From: Anaerolineales bacterium | Lineage (GTDB): Bacteria > Chloroflexota > Anaerolineae > Anaerolineales > E44-bin32 | Direction: 5' to 3' | DNA: 61,203 bases | Assembly: GCA_046759305.1 (NCBI GenBank) | Contig: JBHIBY010000002.1 | Location: forward strand, 1 to 61,203 | Part shown: positions 34,739 to 43,982 of the stretch, piece by piece | How positions within the stretch are numbered: position 1 is the stretch's first letter | Layout: every line of letters begins with the position of its first letter | Position numbers and translations under genes: made by a program | The notes under the pieces: model-generated | What the model saw: only the letters and a program-made list of their open reading frames with translations | What the model was told of the DNA's origin: nothing | The model's database searches: none

Positions 34739-35212
34739 CTAGACTTGAGGCTCCGCGGATGGCTCCGGCAATTCGAATCCGTGCGATTTCAATCGGCGCT
34801 TAAGATCCGCTAAGCTCTTGCGACCAAAGTTGTCAATTGCCAGCAGGGCCTCGTCGCCTTGCCCCATCAGCTCCATCGCTTGACCAACTTCAGTGATGCC
34901 TGCCTTTTCCAGCGCGGTCTGAGCCCGCTTGCCGATCTCAAGTTCCGCGATTGGAGTTTCAGGCGAAGTCCTGGCTGCCTCACGATCCTTAGCGTCCTGA
35001 AGGAACTCCTCCCTCGCTTCCAACTTGCGGTAGAAGCGATCGACTTGCCCCTCAGTATCGACGATGCGCTGCTCGCCAGTGTAGAAGGGATGGCAGTCTG
35101 AACACACGTCGGTGTGAATCAGCTCGACCGTCGAACCGGTGGTCCACGAATTGCCACAGGAGCAAACTACGGTAGCTTCTGGGAAGTATTCAGGATGAAT
35201 ACCCGGCTTCAT
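34739..35212 (-). CDS. rpmE: 50S ribosomal protein L31 (type A, Zn-binding) with a ~85 aa C-terminal extension carrying an RpoA alpha-CTD-like HhH domain
   Basis: The N-terminus is [23 protein letters not shown]...[28 protein letters not shown]. The extension, [25 protein letters not shown]...[26 protein letters not shown], matches the alpha-CTD pattern LELSVRSANCLK...NLGKKSLTEIK..L...G. Confidence 0.9.
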   Translation of the reverse strand: MKPGIHPEYFPEATVVCSCGNSWTTGSTVELIHTDVCSDCHPFYTGEQRIVDTEGQVDRFYRKLEAREEFLQDAKDREAARTSPETPIAELEIGKRAQTALEKAGITEVGQAMELMGQGDEALLAIDNFGRKSLADLKRRLKSHGFELPEPSAEPQV

Positions 35213-35469
35213 TCAGTGGCCTCCATCACATTGACCCGCTTCTTTCCACCCCGCGCGTAGTCGAAAGTTACGATGCCGTCGATGGTCGCGAAAAGCGTAT
35301 CATCCGATCCCTTGCCAACATTCAGACCTGGATGAATTCGCGTGCCACGCTGCCGCACCAGGATATTTCCCGAGCGCACTAGCTGACCGGCGTACCGCTT
35401 CACACCCAGTCGTTGAGATTGACTATCACGTCCGTTGCGGCTCGAGCCGCCGCCTTTTTTGTGTGCCAT
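35209..35469 (-). CDS. rpmA: 50S ribosomal protein L27
   Basis: It begins [29 protein letters not shown]. There is an ATGA overlap with rpmE. Confidence 0.95.
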   Translation of the reverse strand: MAHKKGGGSSRNGRDSQSQRLGVKRYAGQLVRSGNILVRQRGTRIHPGLNVGKGSDDTLFATIDGIVTFDYARGGKKRVNVMEATE

Positions 35470-35480
35470 CTGGTATTCCC

Positions 35481-35954
35481 TTAGTCCTTCTTTGCTGCTT
35501 TGGGCTTAGGCTTGCTCTTCTTCGTCGCGCTCTTGCTTTTGGCGGACGATTTCGCTGGGGTTGATTTTCCCGCCTTCGGCTTGGCACTGGCTTTCTTTTT
35601 GGCATCCGTCTTTTTCTTGGTCTCCGCCGCTGCAGCTCTTGGAAGACCAACACTTTCGATCGTTACATGCGTGAGTAGTTGGCGATGGCCCTGCGTGCGT
35701 CGATAGCGCTGCTTGGGCTTGTACTTGAATACGGTGATCTTCTTACCCTTCAGGTGATCCTGAACCTTACCCTTGACGCTGGCGCCTTTGACAAACGGTG
35801 CGCCTACTTCGACTTTCTTTCCATCAGAAACGAGCAATACATCCTTGAAGACGACTGGTTTACCGACCTCAAGCGCCATTCGGTCGACCTCAATGAGGCC
35901 GCCCTCCTCCGCCAGATATTGTTTCCCGCTGTATTCGACGATTGCGTATTTCAT
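35481..35954 (-). CDS. rplU: 50S ribosomal protein L21 with a Lys/Ala/Ser-rich C-terminal tail
   Basis: It has [18 protein letters not shown]...[21 protein letters not shown] followed by a ~50 aa AKK/KPK-rich tail. Confidence 0.93.
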   Translation of the reverse strand: MKYAIVEYSGKQYLAEEGGLIEVDRMALEVGKPVVFKDVLLVSDGKKVEVGAPFVKGASVKGKVQDHLKGKKITVFKYKPKQRYRRTQGHRQLLTHVTIESVGLPRAAAAETKKKTDAKKKASAKPKAGKSTPAKSSAKSKSATKKSKPKPKAAKKD

Positions 35955-35985
35955 GATCTTATGCTTTCAGCAACAGCGACGGAAC

Positions 35986-36015
35986 ATTATAAAGGGCCCC
36001 AAAACACGATGTCAA
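35986..36015 (-). promoter_or_regulatory. Consensus sigma-70 promoter for rplU-rpmA-rpmE
   Basis: On the minus strand, TTGACA, an 18 nt spacer and TATAAT lie about 30 nt upstream of the rplU ATG. Confidence 0.6.
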
Positions 36016-36112
36016 CCTTCGGGCGCATCCTGCCCTTCAGGGCATCGTGCACGATCCCCAGAAGCTCGCGCCTCCGGGGACCGTTTGCTTCTTTGCCTCA
36101 GGTGCTTGCCAG

Positions 36113-39100
36113 CTAATCCGCGGCAACCATCTCCGGTTCCGGAACTTCGACGACCTCACCCTCGGGCTCGGGTTCGATCTCTGGCTCCAGTTCAAGCTCA
36201 CCATCAAGCCGTTCGTCATGCAGTACAAGTTCCTCGCCGGGAAATCCGGTTCCAGCCGGGATCAGCTTCCCGATGATTACATTTTCCTTGAGCCCACGCA
36301 GGTAATCCACCTTGCCTTCAATAGCTGCGCCGGCCAATACCTTGATCGTATGCTGGAAAGAGGAGGCCGACAGGAAGGATTCTGTACTCAGCGAGGCTTT
36401 GGAAATTCCCAGCAGTATCTGGAGTGACTTTGCTGGCGACATGCCATCGACAAGGACTTGCTCATTCAAACGCTGTAGATACAGGCGATCAACGATGTCA
36501 CCCGGCAACAGCTCTGTGTCACCCGGATGTGAGATCTGAACCTTCGAAAGCATCTTGCGAATGATGACCTCGAAGTGTTTATCGTTGATATTCTGACCTT
36601 GCGATCGATAGACCTGTTGAACCTCGGTCAGCAAATAAAGCTCGCAAGCCTCGCGGCCCAGAATTCTCAAGATGCGATGGGGGTTCTGAGATCCTTCGGT
36701 TAGCTGATCGCCGGCACTCACTTTCTCACCGTGCTTCACCAGCAACCGGGCACTTGCAGGTACGTCGTATTCCGCCTCATCGTTCTGCTCGTAAGAAACG
36801 GTGACCTTGCGGCCTTTGACCTTGGTTTTGCCTCCGTGGATTGCTGTGATTTCAGAGTCACCACGGCTCGCAATGAGATCGCCAGCCTCCATGTCGGTGC
36901 CGTCTTCGGCCTGGAGCGACCAGTTGCCCGGGATCTTGTATTCATCATGCAGCATCTGACTGATCTCGATGCGAACAACGCGCTGCCCATCGGGAGTGTC
37001 AGGCGCGAGGATCTGGACGGATCCCTCGATTTCCGAAGTAATCGCTTCACCCTTAGGCTTCTTCCTTGCTTCGAACAATTCCTCTACGCGAGGAAGGCCG
37101 GTCGTGATATCGCCGCCAGCCGCCACACCCCCGGTATGGAAGGTGCGTAGAGTCAGCTGCGTGCCAGGTTCTCCGATGGACTGCGCTGCAACGATTCCCA
37201 CCGCGGCGCCCAGCTCCACCATATTGCCACGACCCAAATCCATACCGTAGCATTCCGCGCACTGTCCGAATTGGAGTTCACAGGTTAGCGGTGAGCGAAC
37301 GAAGACTTCTTCTACGCCCGCATTCGCAACCCTGCGAGCTGCCTTCCCGTCCAGCAATTTCCTGCGACGGAAGATAAGCTCACCGGTTTCTGGATCTGCT
37401 ACACCCTTAGCCAACACACGGCCGAGCAGTCGGGAGGCGAAGTCCTGACCGGCAACGTCATCGGAGGCACGGAGCACGATTCCCTGTTCTGTCCCGCAGT
37501 CTTGCGAATTGATGATCACATCCTGTGCGACATCCACCAGACGGCGGGTCAGATAGCCAGCGTCTGCGGTTCGTAGCGCGGTATCCGTGAGGCCTTTGCG
37601 TGCACCGTGCGTTGAGATGAAGTACTCCAGGGTGTTCAGGCCATCTCGGAAATTGGATCGAATCGGGAGCGGGATAATACGTCCGGCCGGGTCGGCCATC
37701 AAACCACGCATTCCGGCCAACTGAGAAATCGGGCCAAACCCACCTTTTGTAGCACCTGATATGGCCATCGTGCTGAGGTTTCCGGCAGGATCCATTCCTG
37801 AGCGGACCGCAGTCGCGACCTCTCCCGTCGTTTCCTGCCAGAGCTCGATGATGCGCTCGTTTTGCTCCTGCTCAGTGAGTAATCCACGCTGGTATTCCCC
37901 TCGCACCGCCTCCGCCGCTTCCAAGGTGCGGGCGATGATCTCACTCTTCTCTTCCGGTACCGTAATGTCCGAAACGGATATGGTTGTGCCGGATCGGGTG
38001 GCATAGGTAAATCCAATGTCCTTGATCGCATCAACTACTGCGGGAGTTCCATCCTCACGCAACTGCTGGTAGATCTCTCCAACCAGCACCTGCATACCTT
38101 CCTTATCGAGTACCTGGTTTACGAAGTGCAGCTCCTCAGGAAGGATGTTGTTGAACAGAACTCGACCCACAGTCGTGTCGATTACTCGCCGCTCGGGTTC
38201 CTCGGTACGAACCCCATCGTCGTCGTACCACGTATCGATCTGAAGCTTGATGGAGGCGTGAAGATCGACCTGACCGAGGCCCCAGGCCATTTCGACTTCA
38301 TCCAAACTAGAGAACGCCCGGCCCTCACCCTTCCGGCCTTTGCCCTCCACTTGCATGGTCAGGTAATAAACACCCAGGACCATATCCTTGGAAGGGCTCA
38401 CAATGGGCTCGCCATCCGCGGGTTTCAACAAGTTCACGCTGGCCAACATCAGCTCGCGGGCTTCTTCGACCGAGCGACTGGACAGTGGCACGTGCACTGA
38501 CATTTGATCGCCATCAAAGTCCGCATTAAAAGCGGCGCATACCAATGGGTGTAGTTGAATAGCCTTGCCTTCAACGATCACAGGCTCAAATGCCTGGATA
38601 CCCAGGCGGTGAAGGGTAGGGGCTCGATTCAGGAGTACCGGACGATCCTTGATGACCTCTTCCAGCACTTCCCATACCTCGGGGCGCTCGCGCTCGATAA
38701 TACGCTTGGCCCCTTTGACATTCGCCGCGTAGTTGTAGAGCACTAGTTTAGATATCACGAATGGCCGATACAGCTCGAGTGCCATGGTCTTTGGAAGACC
38801 GCATTGGAAGAGCTTTAGATGTGGTCCTATCACGATCACGGAACGCCCTGAGTAGTCCACGCGTTTTCCAAGCAGGTTGCGGCGGAAGCGACCCTTCTTA
38901 CCTTTCAGCATGTCGCTGAGCGACTTCAGCTCGCGGCGGCCCCTGCGCGAAAGCGCTTTGCCGCGCTGAGCATTGTCAATGAGCGAATCAACCGCCTCCT
39001 GGAGCATGCGCTTCTCATTTCGGACTATGACGTCCGGTGCTCCAAGCTCGACGAGCCTCTTCAAGCGGTTGTTGCGGTTGATGACCCGCCGATACAGGTC

Positions 39101-40399
39101 GTTAAGATCGGAGGTCGCAAATCGTCCACCATCCAGCTGGACCATCGGTCGCAAGTCGGGTGGAATAACCGGCAGCACGGTCAGGATCATCCACTCCGGC
39201 TTGTTCCCAGAGCGACGGAAAGCCTCCACAACCGTGAGACGCTTGGTAGCTTTCTTTCGGCGCTGCTTGCTCTTCGTCGTTCGAACTTCCTCCCAGAGCT
39301 CAGCCGCTAGCTTATCCAGGTCCAGCCGCTGGAGGATGTCGTAAAAAGACTCAGCGCCCATGTCGGCCCGGAACACCTGCCCCCAGGCCGATTTCAGCTC
39401 TCGATAGCGGGTCTCGCCGAGGAACATCATCTGGTTGATGCCTTCGATTTCCTCGCGCTCCTTCACCAGTTCTTCGATCTGGGCTAGATTTTCTTCCTGC
39501 GGAGCACTTTTAACCTCATCGATCTCGCGGTCGGCAACTTCCTTGACCTCTTCGATCTCTGCCTTGACCTTATCAATCTTCTTGTCGAGCTTTACCTTTG
39601 CTGAGCTTTCAACCTTCTCAAGTCGTTCCTTTACGATTTTCTGAACTCTAGCGATATGATCTTTGGAGATCGTCTCGCCCTTCTCGGCGATCTGCTGATC
39701 TGCCGCCTTGAACGCGATCGGGACTCTGATCGTTTTCCCCGATTTTTCACGCAGCTCGCGCTCGAGTCGCTGCCCTTCCCGCATAATCGGATCGATCTGC
39801 TGAGCGACCTCTTCTTCATAATCTGCCTTGAAGGATTTCTGCTCAGCCTTCAGCTCATCTAACTTTTCTTTCTTTTGAGCCTTGATCACATCTAACCGCT
39901 GCTTAACTACATCTTTCTGCGCCTTCTGCTGACCCGAGATTTCTTCGTCGATTCGCTTGATCGCTTTGCGGCGGGCATCCTCATCGACGTGGGTCACAAT
40001 GTACTGCGCGAAGTAAAGCACCCGGTCGAGATTGCGCCTCGAGATATCCAGGAGCAAGCCAAGATAGGACGGAACACGGCGCGTGTACCACACGTGCGCC
40101 ACCGGCGCAGCCAGACCGATATGGCCCATCCGTTCCCTTCGCACGGAAGCGCGCGTTACTTCAACGCCGCATTTCTCACAGGTAATTCCTTTGAATCGAA
40201 TGTTCTTATACTTGCCGCAGTAGCACTGCCAATCTTTGGTGGGACCAAAGATCGCTTCGCAGAACAAGCCGTCCTTCTCAGGACGCAGTCGCCGGTAGTT
40301 GATAGTTTCCGGCTTCAATACCTCCCCATAAGACCAGCTGTTGATGGTCTCCGGCGAGGCGAGGCTAATTCGTAATGCTCGAAACCTCTTAGATTCCAC
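36113..40399 (-). CDS. rpoC: DNA-directed RNA polymerase subunit beta-prime
   Basis: It has the zinc finger CYCGKYK...[17 protein letters not shown], the trigger loop TFHTGGVA and the C-terminal conserved blocks. The start is GTG, preceded by GGAGGGG. A ~190 aa charged insertion lies near residues 140-340. Confidence 0.97.
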   Translation of the reverse strand: MESKRFRALRISLASPETINSWSYGEVLKPETINYRRLRPEKDGLFCEAIFGPTKDWQCYCGKYKNIRFKGITCEKCGVEVTRASVRRERMGHIGLAAPVAHVWYTRRVPSYLGLLLDISRRNLDRVLYFAQYIVTHVDEDARRKAIKRIDEEISGQQKAQKDVVKQRLDVIKAQKKEKLDELKAEQKSFKADYEEEVAQQIDPIMREGQRLERELREKSGKTIRVPIAFKAADQQIAEKGETISKDHIARVQKIVKERLEKVESSAKVKLDKKIDKVKAEIEEVKEVADREIDEVKSAPQEENLAQIEELVKEREEIEGINQMMFLGETRYRELKSAWGQVFRADMGAESFYDILQRLDLDKLAAELWEEVRTTKSKQRRKKATKRLTVVEAFRRSGNKPEWMILTVLPVIPPDLRPMVQLDGGRFATSDLNDLYRRVINRNNRLKRLVELGAPDVIVRNEKRMLQEAVDSLIDNAQRGKALSRRGRRELKSLSDMLKGKKGRFRRNLLGKRVDYSGRSVIVIGPHLKLFQCGLPKTMALELYRPFVISKLVLYNYAANVKGAKRIIERERPEVWEVLEEVIKDRPVLLNRAPTLHRLGIQAFEPVIVEGKAIQLHPLVCAAFNADFDGDQMSVHVPLSSRSVEEARELMLASVNLLKPADGEPIVSPSKDMVLGVYYLTMQVEGKGRKGEGRAFSSLDEVEMAWGLGQVDLHASIKLQIDTWYDDDGVRTEEPERRVIDTTVGRVLFNNILPEELHFVNQVLDKEGMQVLVGEIYQQLREDGTPAVVDAIKDIGFTYATRSGTTISVSDITVPEEKSEIIARTLEAAEAVRGEYQRGLLTEQEQNERIIELWQETTGEVATAVRSGMDPAGNLSTMAISGATKGGFGPISQLAGMRGLMADPAGRIIPLPIRSNFRDGLNTLEYFISTHGARKGLTDTALRTADAGYLTRRLVDVAQDVIINSQDCGTEQGIVLRASDDVAGQDFASRLLGRVLAKGVADPETGELIFRRRKLLDGKAARRVANAGVEEVFVRSPLTCELQFGQCAECYGMDLGRGNMVELGAAVGIVAAQSIGEPGTQLTLRTFHTGGVAAGGDITTGLPRVEELFEARKKPKGEAITSEIEGSVQILAPDTPDGQRVVRIEISQMLHDEYKIPGNWSLQAEDGTDMEAGDLIASRGDSEITAIHGGKTKVKGRKVTVSYEQNDEAEYDVPASARLLVKHGEKVSAGDQLTEGSQNPHRILRILGREACELYLLTEVQQVYRSQGQNINDKHFEVIIRKMLSKVQISHPGDTELLPGDIVDRLYLQRLNEQVLVDGMSPAKSLQILLGISKASLSTESFLSASSFQHTIKVLAGAAIEGKVDYLRGLKENVIIGKLIPAGTGFPGEELVLHDERLDGELELEPEIEPEPEGEVVEVPEPEMVAAD

Positions 40400-40469
40400 G
40401 CGTTCCCCTCCGCTTTATGTAAAGGCTAGTAGATCGACGAAATTCGAACAAACGTGCTAGTATCACCCC

Positions 40470-40508
40470 AAGCAAAACCAGCGCTCAAGCACACCGGCTT
40501 CGAGCGCT
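40470..40508 (-). terminator. Intrinsic terminator-like hairpin between the histidine kinase and rpoC
   Basis: On the minus strand, AGCGCTCGAAGC-CGGTGT-GCTTGAGCGCT (11 bp with one bulge) is followed by GGTTTTGCTT. Confidence 0.6.
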
Positions 40509-40552
40509 GTCACGCGCAAACCTCGTGGCGATCCTTTGCCATGTAAACTTAA

Positions 40553-40580
40553 ATTATACGCCCATATTCGCGAATGTCAA
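40553..40580 (-). promoter_or_regulatory. Consensus-like sigma-70 promoter overlapping the kinase stop codon, pointing toward rpoC
   Basis: On the minus strand, TTGACA, a 16 nt spacer and TATAAT are present. The predicted TSS is about 145 nt upstream of the rpoC GTG and upstream of the terminator-like hairpin. Confidence 0.45.
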
Positions 40581-43500
40581 GAACGCTCCATCCGCCCTGA
40601 AGTAGTTTGTCTCTGCTGAATGAGCATCGGAATGGCGATCGTAAATTTGCTGCCCAGGCCCAGGCGGCTCTCGACACTCACCCTCCCGTGATGCTGTTCG
40701 ATAATTGACTTGACGATCGCCAGACCGAGCCCGGAACCCTTGGAGTCGTCCTTTCCCAGTCTGAAGAATTTCTCGAATAACCTGGGCTGATCGGTTGGAG
40801 CGATCCCAACGCCGGTGTCTTCCACCTGGACGATCTGTCGACCATCCACCTGCTCTGCGCGTAAGATGACACGGCCGCCCGATTCGGTGTACTTAATTGC
40901 GTTGTCCACCAAGTTCGAAACGGCCTGGCGCAGCAGCATCGGATCGGCCTGGATGGGTTCCATCGCATCATCGAGCTCAATCTCGAGCGACACCCGTTTG
41001 TTTAGCGCCTGAGGCCTGAAGGTTGCTAGAATATCTTGTGTGACCAGCGGGATTTCGACTGGCTCAGGCGAGAGACCGATCCCGGTTTCAATCCGCCCCA
41101 AATCCAAAAGGTCGTCGACCAGCTTGCTCATGCGATCAACGCTGGTCAGGATCTTGTCCAGAAACTCCTGTTGCTGATCGTTGACTGGGCCCACGTTCGA
41201 CAGCATGGTGGTGTATCCACGCATTAGTGTCAGCGGCGCACGTAGATCATGGCTGACGGTTGATACAAACTCTGACTTGAGCGTGTCCAATATTTTGAAC
41301 TGGGTCACATCCGATAAAACGGCCACGCGCCCAGTTTGGCCACCCGGCACCTCCGATGCAACCGCATACAGCACTCGGCCGCCATCGGCCTTGATCTCAA
41401 GGGCCTGTTCACTTGCAGTCGGCCGAGTCAGAAGCTGCCTGAGCTCGGCCGGCCCAATTGCTTCCTCAATCGATTTCCCGATCATATCGGTGGCTCGGCC
41501 AGCGAGTACTTCCTCGGCGGCAGGGTTAGCGAGCGAAATTCGCTGCTCCGAATCGGTCACGATCACTGCGTCCGGCGTCGATTCCAAAATGGTCATCAAC
41601 CGGCTTCGCTCCCGTTCCGCACGATGGTACAGACCCACATTTGCGAGCGAGAGGCCGAGTTGGCTGGCGAAGATTGAAAGTAGCTTGGTTTCTGAGGCTG
41701 CGAAAACTCGCGGTGAGCGGAACCCAAGCCACAGCGGTCCCAGGAATTCTTCCTCGTGTGTAACTGGGATCGCGATGAGAGATTCCAGTCGATCGGCAAC
41801 CCTGGACATATCCAGAACTGCGCTCGCTCTTGCTGGATTTTCTAAGGCGAACTGGCCGCGGGATCGAGATAGCTGCAGTATCCCGTCATCCAGGCTATCC
41901 CACCCTCGGCCGCCCTGGCCGGCATGAAAGGTTCCCGATGCCAGAACTAGCCGCACGGTCTCAGCTCCGGTCAGATCTCGGATTTTTCCAAGTACGGCTG
42001 GCAGCGCCTCATCGAGGTCGAAGCTCGCCGACATGCTCTGGCTAGTGGCTAGCAGTAGATTGAGCTCATCTAAGCGGCTTTTCAAGCTGACTCGCATATG
42101 CTCGAAGGAAGTCGAGAGCCGGCCAATCTCATCCTCGCCTTTGGCAGAGACGTGGTGATCCAGGTTCCCTAGAGCAATTGACTCAGCGGTTGAAGCCATC
42201 TGTCGCAGCGGGCGCATGAGTCGGCGGCTCATCAAATTCACGCCAACGATAAGCACCCCGCCAATGGTTACCAGTAAGATGAACAAGTTCGCCGTAGTTG
42301 AAAACGCCAAGGTATCCAGGGTGCGTCTCGGAGTGGAAACGATCACCCGCCAGGGATACCCCTCCACCGGGTGAGAATAAACCAAGGAGCGAGCCCCTCC
42401 GGAACTCGTAGCCTCGAAGAACACACGCTCGGGCCCTTCGGCAAACTCCGCCTGTTTCAGCCACTGATCAGGATCAGGGTGAGAAATAGCCCTTCCGCGC
42501 GCATCGACGATCAGTGCTTGTCCATTGCGGTAGGCTTCCAAGCGCGCCAGTACCGGTTGCAGGAGAGGATTGCGTGCGAGATCTGCCCACCCGACAACGG
42601 AAGAGTCGGAACCAGAAACCGGGGATAAAAAGATTAGCTGCACACCCTCACCAGCGCGATCAGGAGCTGCGCCGATTTCCTGCGGAACACCCGTTTGAGC
42701 GGCCGCCAGGAGCTCCGCGGGGACATTCACGGAGCCTTGTGGCCAATCCGCAAGTATGGCCCCAGTGGAATCAAGCACTGCAAGGCGGGTAAAGAAAGTA
42801 AGTGAGCGATGGGCGTCTGCAAGCAATGTAGTCAGGAACTGATCGCCTGGACCGACGCCTTCCGAATTAGCGGCAATATCACGAATTTGGGTTCTGCCGG
42901 TATGAATGAAGAACGGGATTCCTTCTCCCGCTTGATGAGCGGTCTGCTCCATCTGATCGGAAATGATTTCGGTTGCAGAGGAGCGCGCCAGCAGCCAATT
43001 CCCATAGGTGAGTGCCGCCCCTCCAATGATTCCTAGTGTGACGATCACCGTAACCATGCGAGCGGATAGCGATCGGTTGTAAGGTCCGGTCTGGGATTGA
43101 ACCGGACGATGCCATGGTACGAGCGTGCGAAGGCTTTCTGCGAGAACTCCTGCGATGGCCATCTGGAGCACGCTGGCCAGTATGGTCGGTCCGAGCAGGG
43201 ACAGCGCATAGTCCAGCGCAGCAAAGAAATCTCCGCTGCTGTAAGCGAAATTTTCGAACGAGTGCATCACTCCGAAAAGCAAACCCACCGCTAATGCGCT
43301 CGGAAGAGGGCGCGCAGCCAGTCGCCCTGGCCAGTCCGCGTAGCTGCGCCTCATCAACCAGGCAAAGATCGCAGCCTGCGCGGCGACGCTGAACGGCGTT
43401 GCCAACCGCTGGGTCATCCAACCCCCATGCGCTAAGCCGCCTAAGAAGGCGACCGCGATCGCGTGAGGCTCTCCCAGCAACCCGGCAGCTAGCACCCACG

Positions 43501-43792
43501 GGACAGCGCCAAACAGTGGGAAAGTAGCCCCTGCAGGCTCTATCGGTTGACCCGGGGAGGCGAGCCCCTGGTCGACCGGAAACTGTACAGCAAGCAACGC
43601 AGCAGCAAAGGGCGCGGAAGCGAGCAGGCCGAGAAAGAGATTTCTGTCGGCTTTTGTAGAAGGAGAGAATCGTTTGTGACGAAGTGCCAGAACGAACAAC
43701 AGCAGATAAGCCGCGATCAGTACATAGCCGAGATCGCGAGCAGGCAGCGCCAGGTAGAAGGATCCCCTAAATCCCCAACTCCCTACGTTCAC
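40577..43792 (-). CDS. Multi-sensor hybrid-architecture histidine kinase (polytopic N-terminus, extracytoplasmic Cache-like region, HAMP, GAF, PAS, HisKA, HATPase_c)
   Basis: It has the H-box SEFVSTVSHDLRAPLT, N-box DNAIKYT, G1 VEDTGVGI and G2 GSGLGLAIVK. About 8 TM helices lie in the first 300 aa. Confidence 0.9.
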   Translation of the reverse strand: MNVGSWGFRGSFYLALPARDLGYVLIAAYLLLFVLALRHKRFSPSTKADRNLFLGLLASAPFAAALLAVQFPVDQGLASPGQPIEPAGATFPLFGAVPWVLAAGLLGEPHAIAVAFLGGLAHGGWMTQRLATPFSVAAQAAIFAWLMRRSYADWPGRLAARPLPSALAVGLLFGVMHSFENFAYSSGDFFAALDYALSLLGPTILASVLQMAIAGVLAESLRTLVPWHRPVQSQTGPYNRSLSARMVTVIVTLGIIGGAALTYGNWLLARSSATEIISDQMEQTAHQAGEGIPFFIHTGRTQIRDIAANSEGVGPGDQFLTTLLADAHRSLTFFTRLAVLDSTGAILADWPQGSVNVPAELLAAAQTGVPQEIGAAPDRAGEGVQLIFLSPVSGSDSSVVGWADLARNPLLQPVLARLEAYRNGQALIVDARGRAISHPDPDQWLKQAEFAEGPERVFFEATSSGGARSLVYSHPVEGYPWRVIVSTPRRTLDTLAFSTTANLFILLVTIGGVLIVGVNLMSRRLMRPLRQMASTAESIALGNLDHHVSAKGEDEIGRLSTSFEHMRVSLKSRLDELNLLLATSQSMSASFDLDEALPAVLGKIRDLTGAETVRLVLASGTFHAGQGGRGWDSLDDGILQLSRSRGQFALENPARASAVLDMSRVADRLESLIAIPVTHEEEFLGPLWLGFRSPRVFAASETKLLSIFASQLGLSLANVGLYHRAERERSRLMTILESTPDAVIVTDSEQRISLANPAAEEVLAGRATDMIGKSIEEAIGPAELRQLLTRPTASEQALEIKADGGRVLYAVASEVPGGQTGRVAVLSDVTQFKILDTLKSEFVSTVSHDLRAPLTLMRGYTTMLSNVGPVNDQQQEFLDKILTSVDRMSKLVDDLLDLGRIETGIGLSPEPVEIPLVTQDILATFRPQALNKRVSLEIELDDAMEPIQADPMLLRQAVSNLVDNAIKYTESGGRVILRAEQVDGRQIVQVEDTGVGIAPTDQPRLFEKFFRLGKDDSKGSGLGLAIVKSIIEQHHGRVSVESRLGLGSKFTIAIPMLIQQRQTTSGRMERS

Positions 43793-43926
43793 GGGTCCTC
43801 CAATTACAAGAGCGGCGCCGGGATTATACAGGCCATGATGAGATTACGAAATCGGAGCAGTACCCTGCAGAATCCGGCTTCCTGCGCGCAGGTTGACCTA
43901 ACATAAGGTGTGGGAATGTCGAATCC

Positions 43927-43955
43927 TTGCTCGGCGTTCCCCTTTATGCTAGACT
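43927..43955 (+). promoter_or_regulatory. Promoter candidate for the REC-MinD-like/sirtuin/kinase operon
   Basis: TTGCTC, a 17 nt spacer and TAGACT are present, with a TGC extended -10. It lies about 28 nt upstream of GTG 43983. Confidence 0.4.
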
Positions 43956-43982
43956 GCCTTAGCTCTAATTTTCTAATTCAAA

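Noticed and set aside
35773-36276. A 167 aa plus-strand ORF spanning the rplU start, the intergenic promoter region and the rpoC 3' end.
   Set aside because: It overlaps two highly conserved minus-strand genes and a consensus promoter. Its translation is low-complexity and P/R/S-rich.
41181-41927. Long antisense or alternative-frame ORFs inside well-supported genes. Examples are 41181..41927 +, 6885..7445 -, 17665..18144 -, 42879..43499 -, 49510..49926 -, 51539..52205 -, 20203..21122 - and 36731..37150 +.
   Set aside because: Each lies fully within a gene that has strong family motifs on the other strand or in another frame. Their translations are R/S/P/A-rich, as expected for shadow ORFs in GC-rich DNA.
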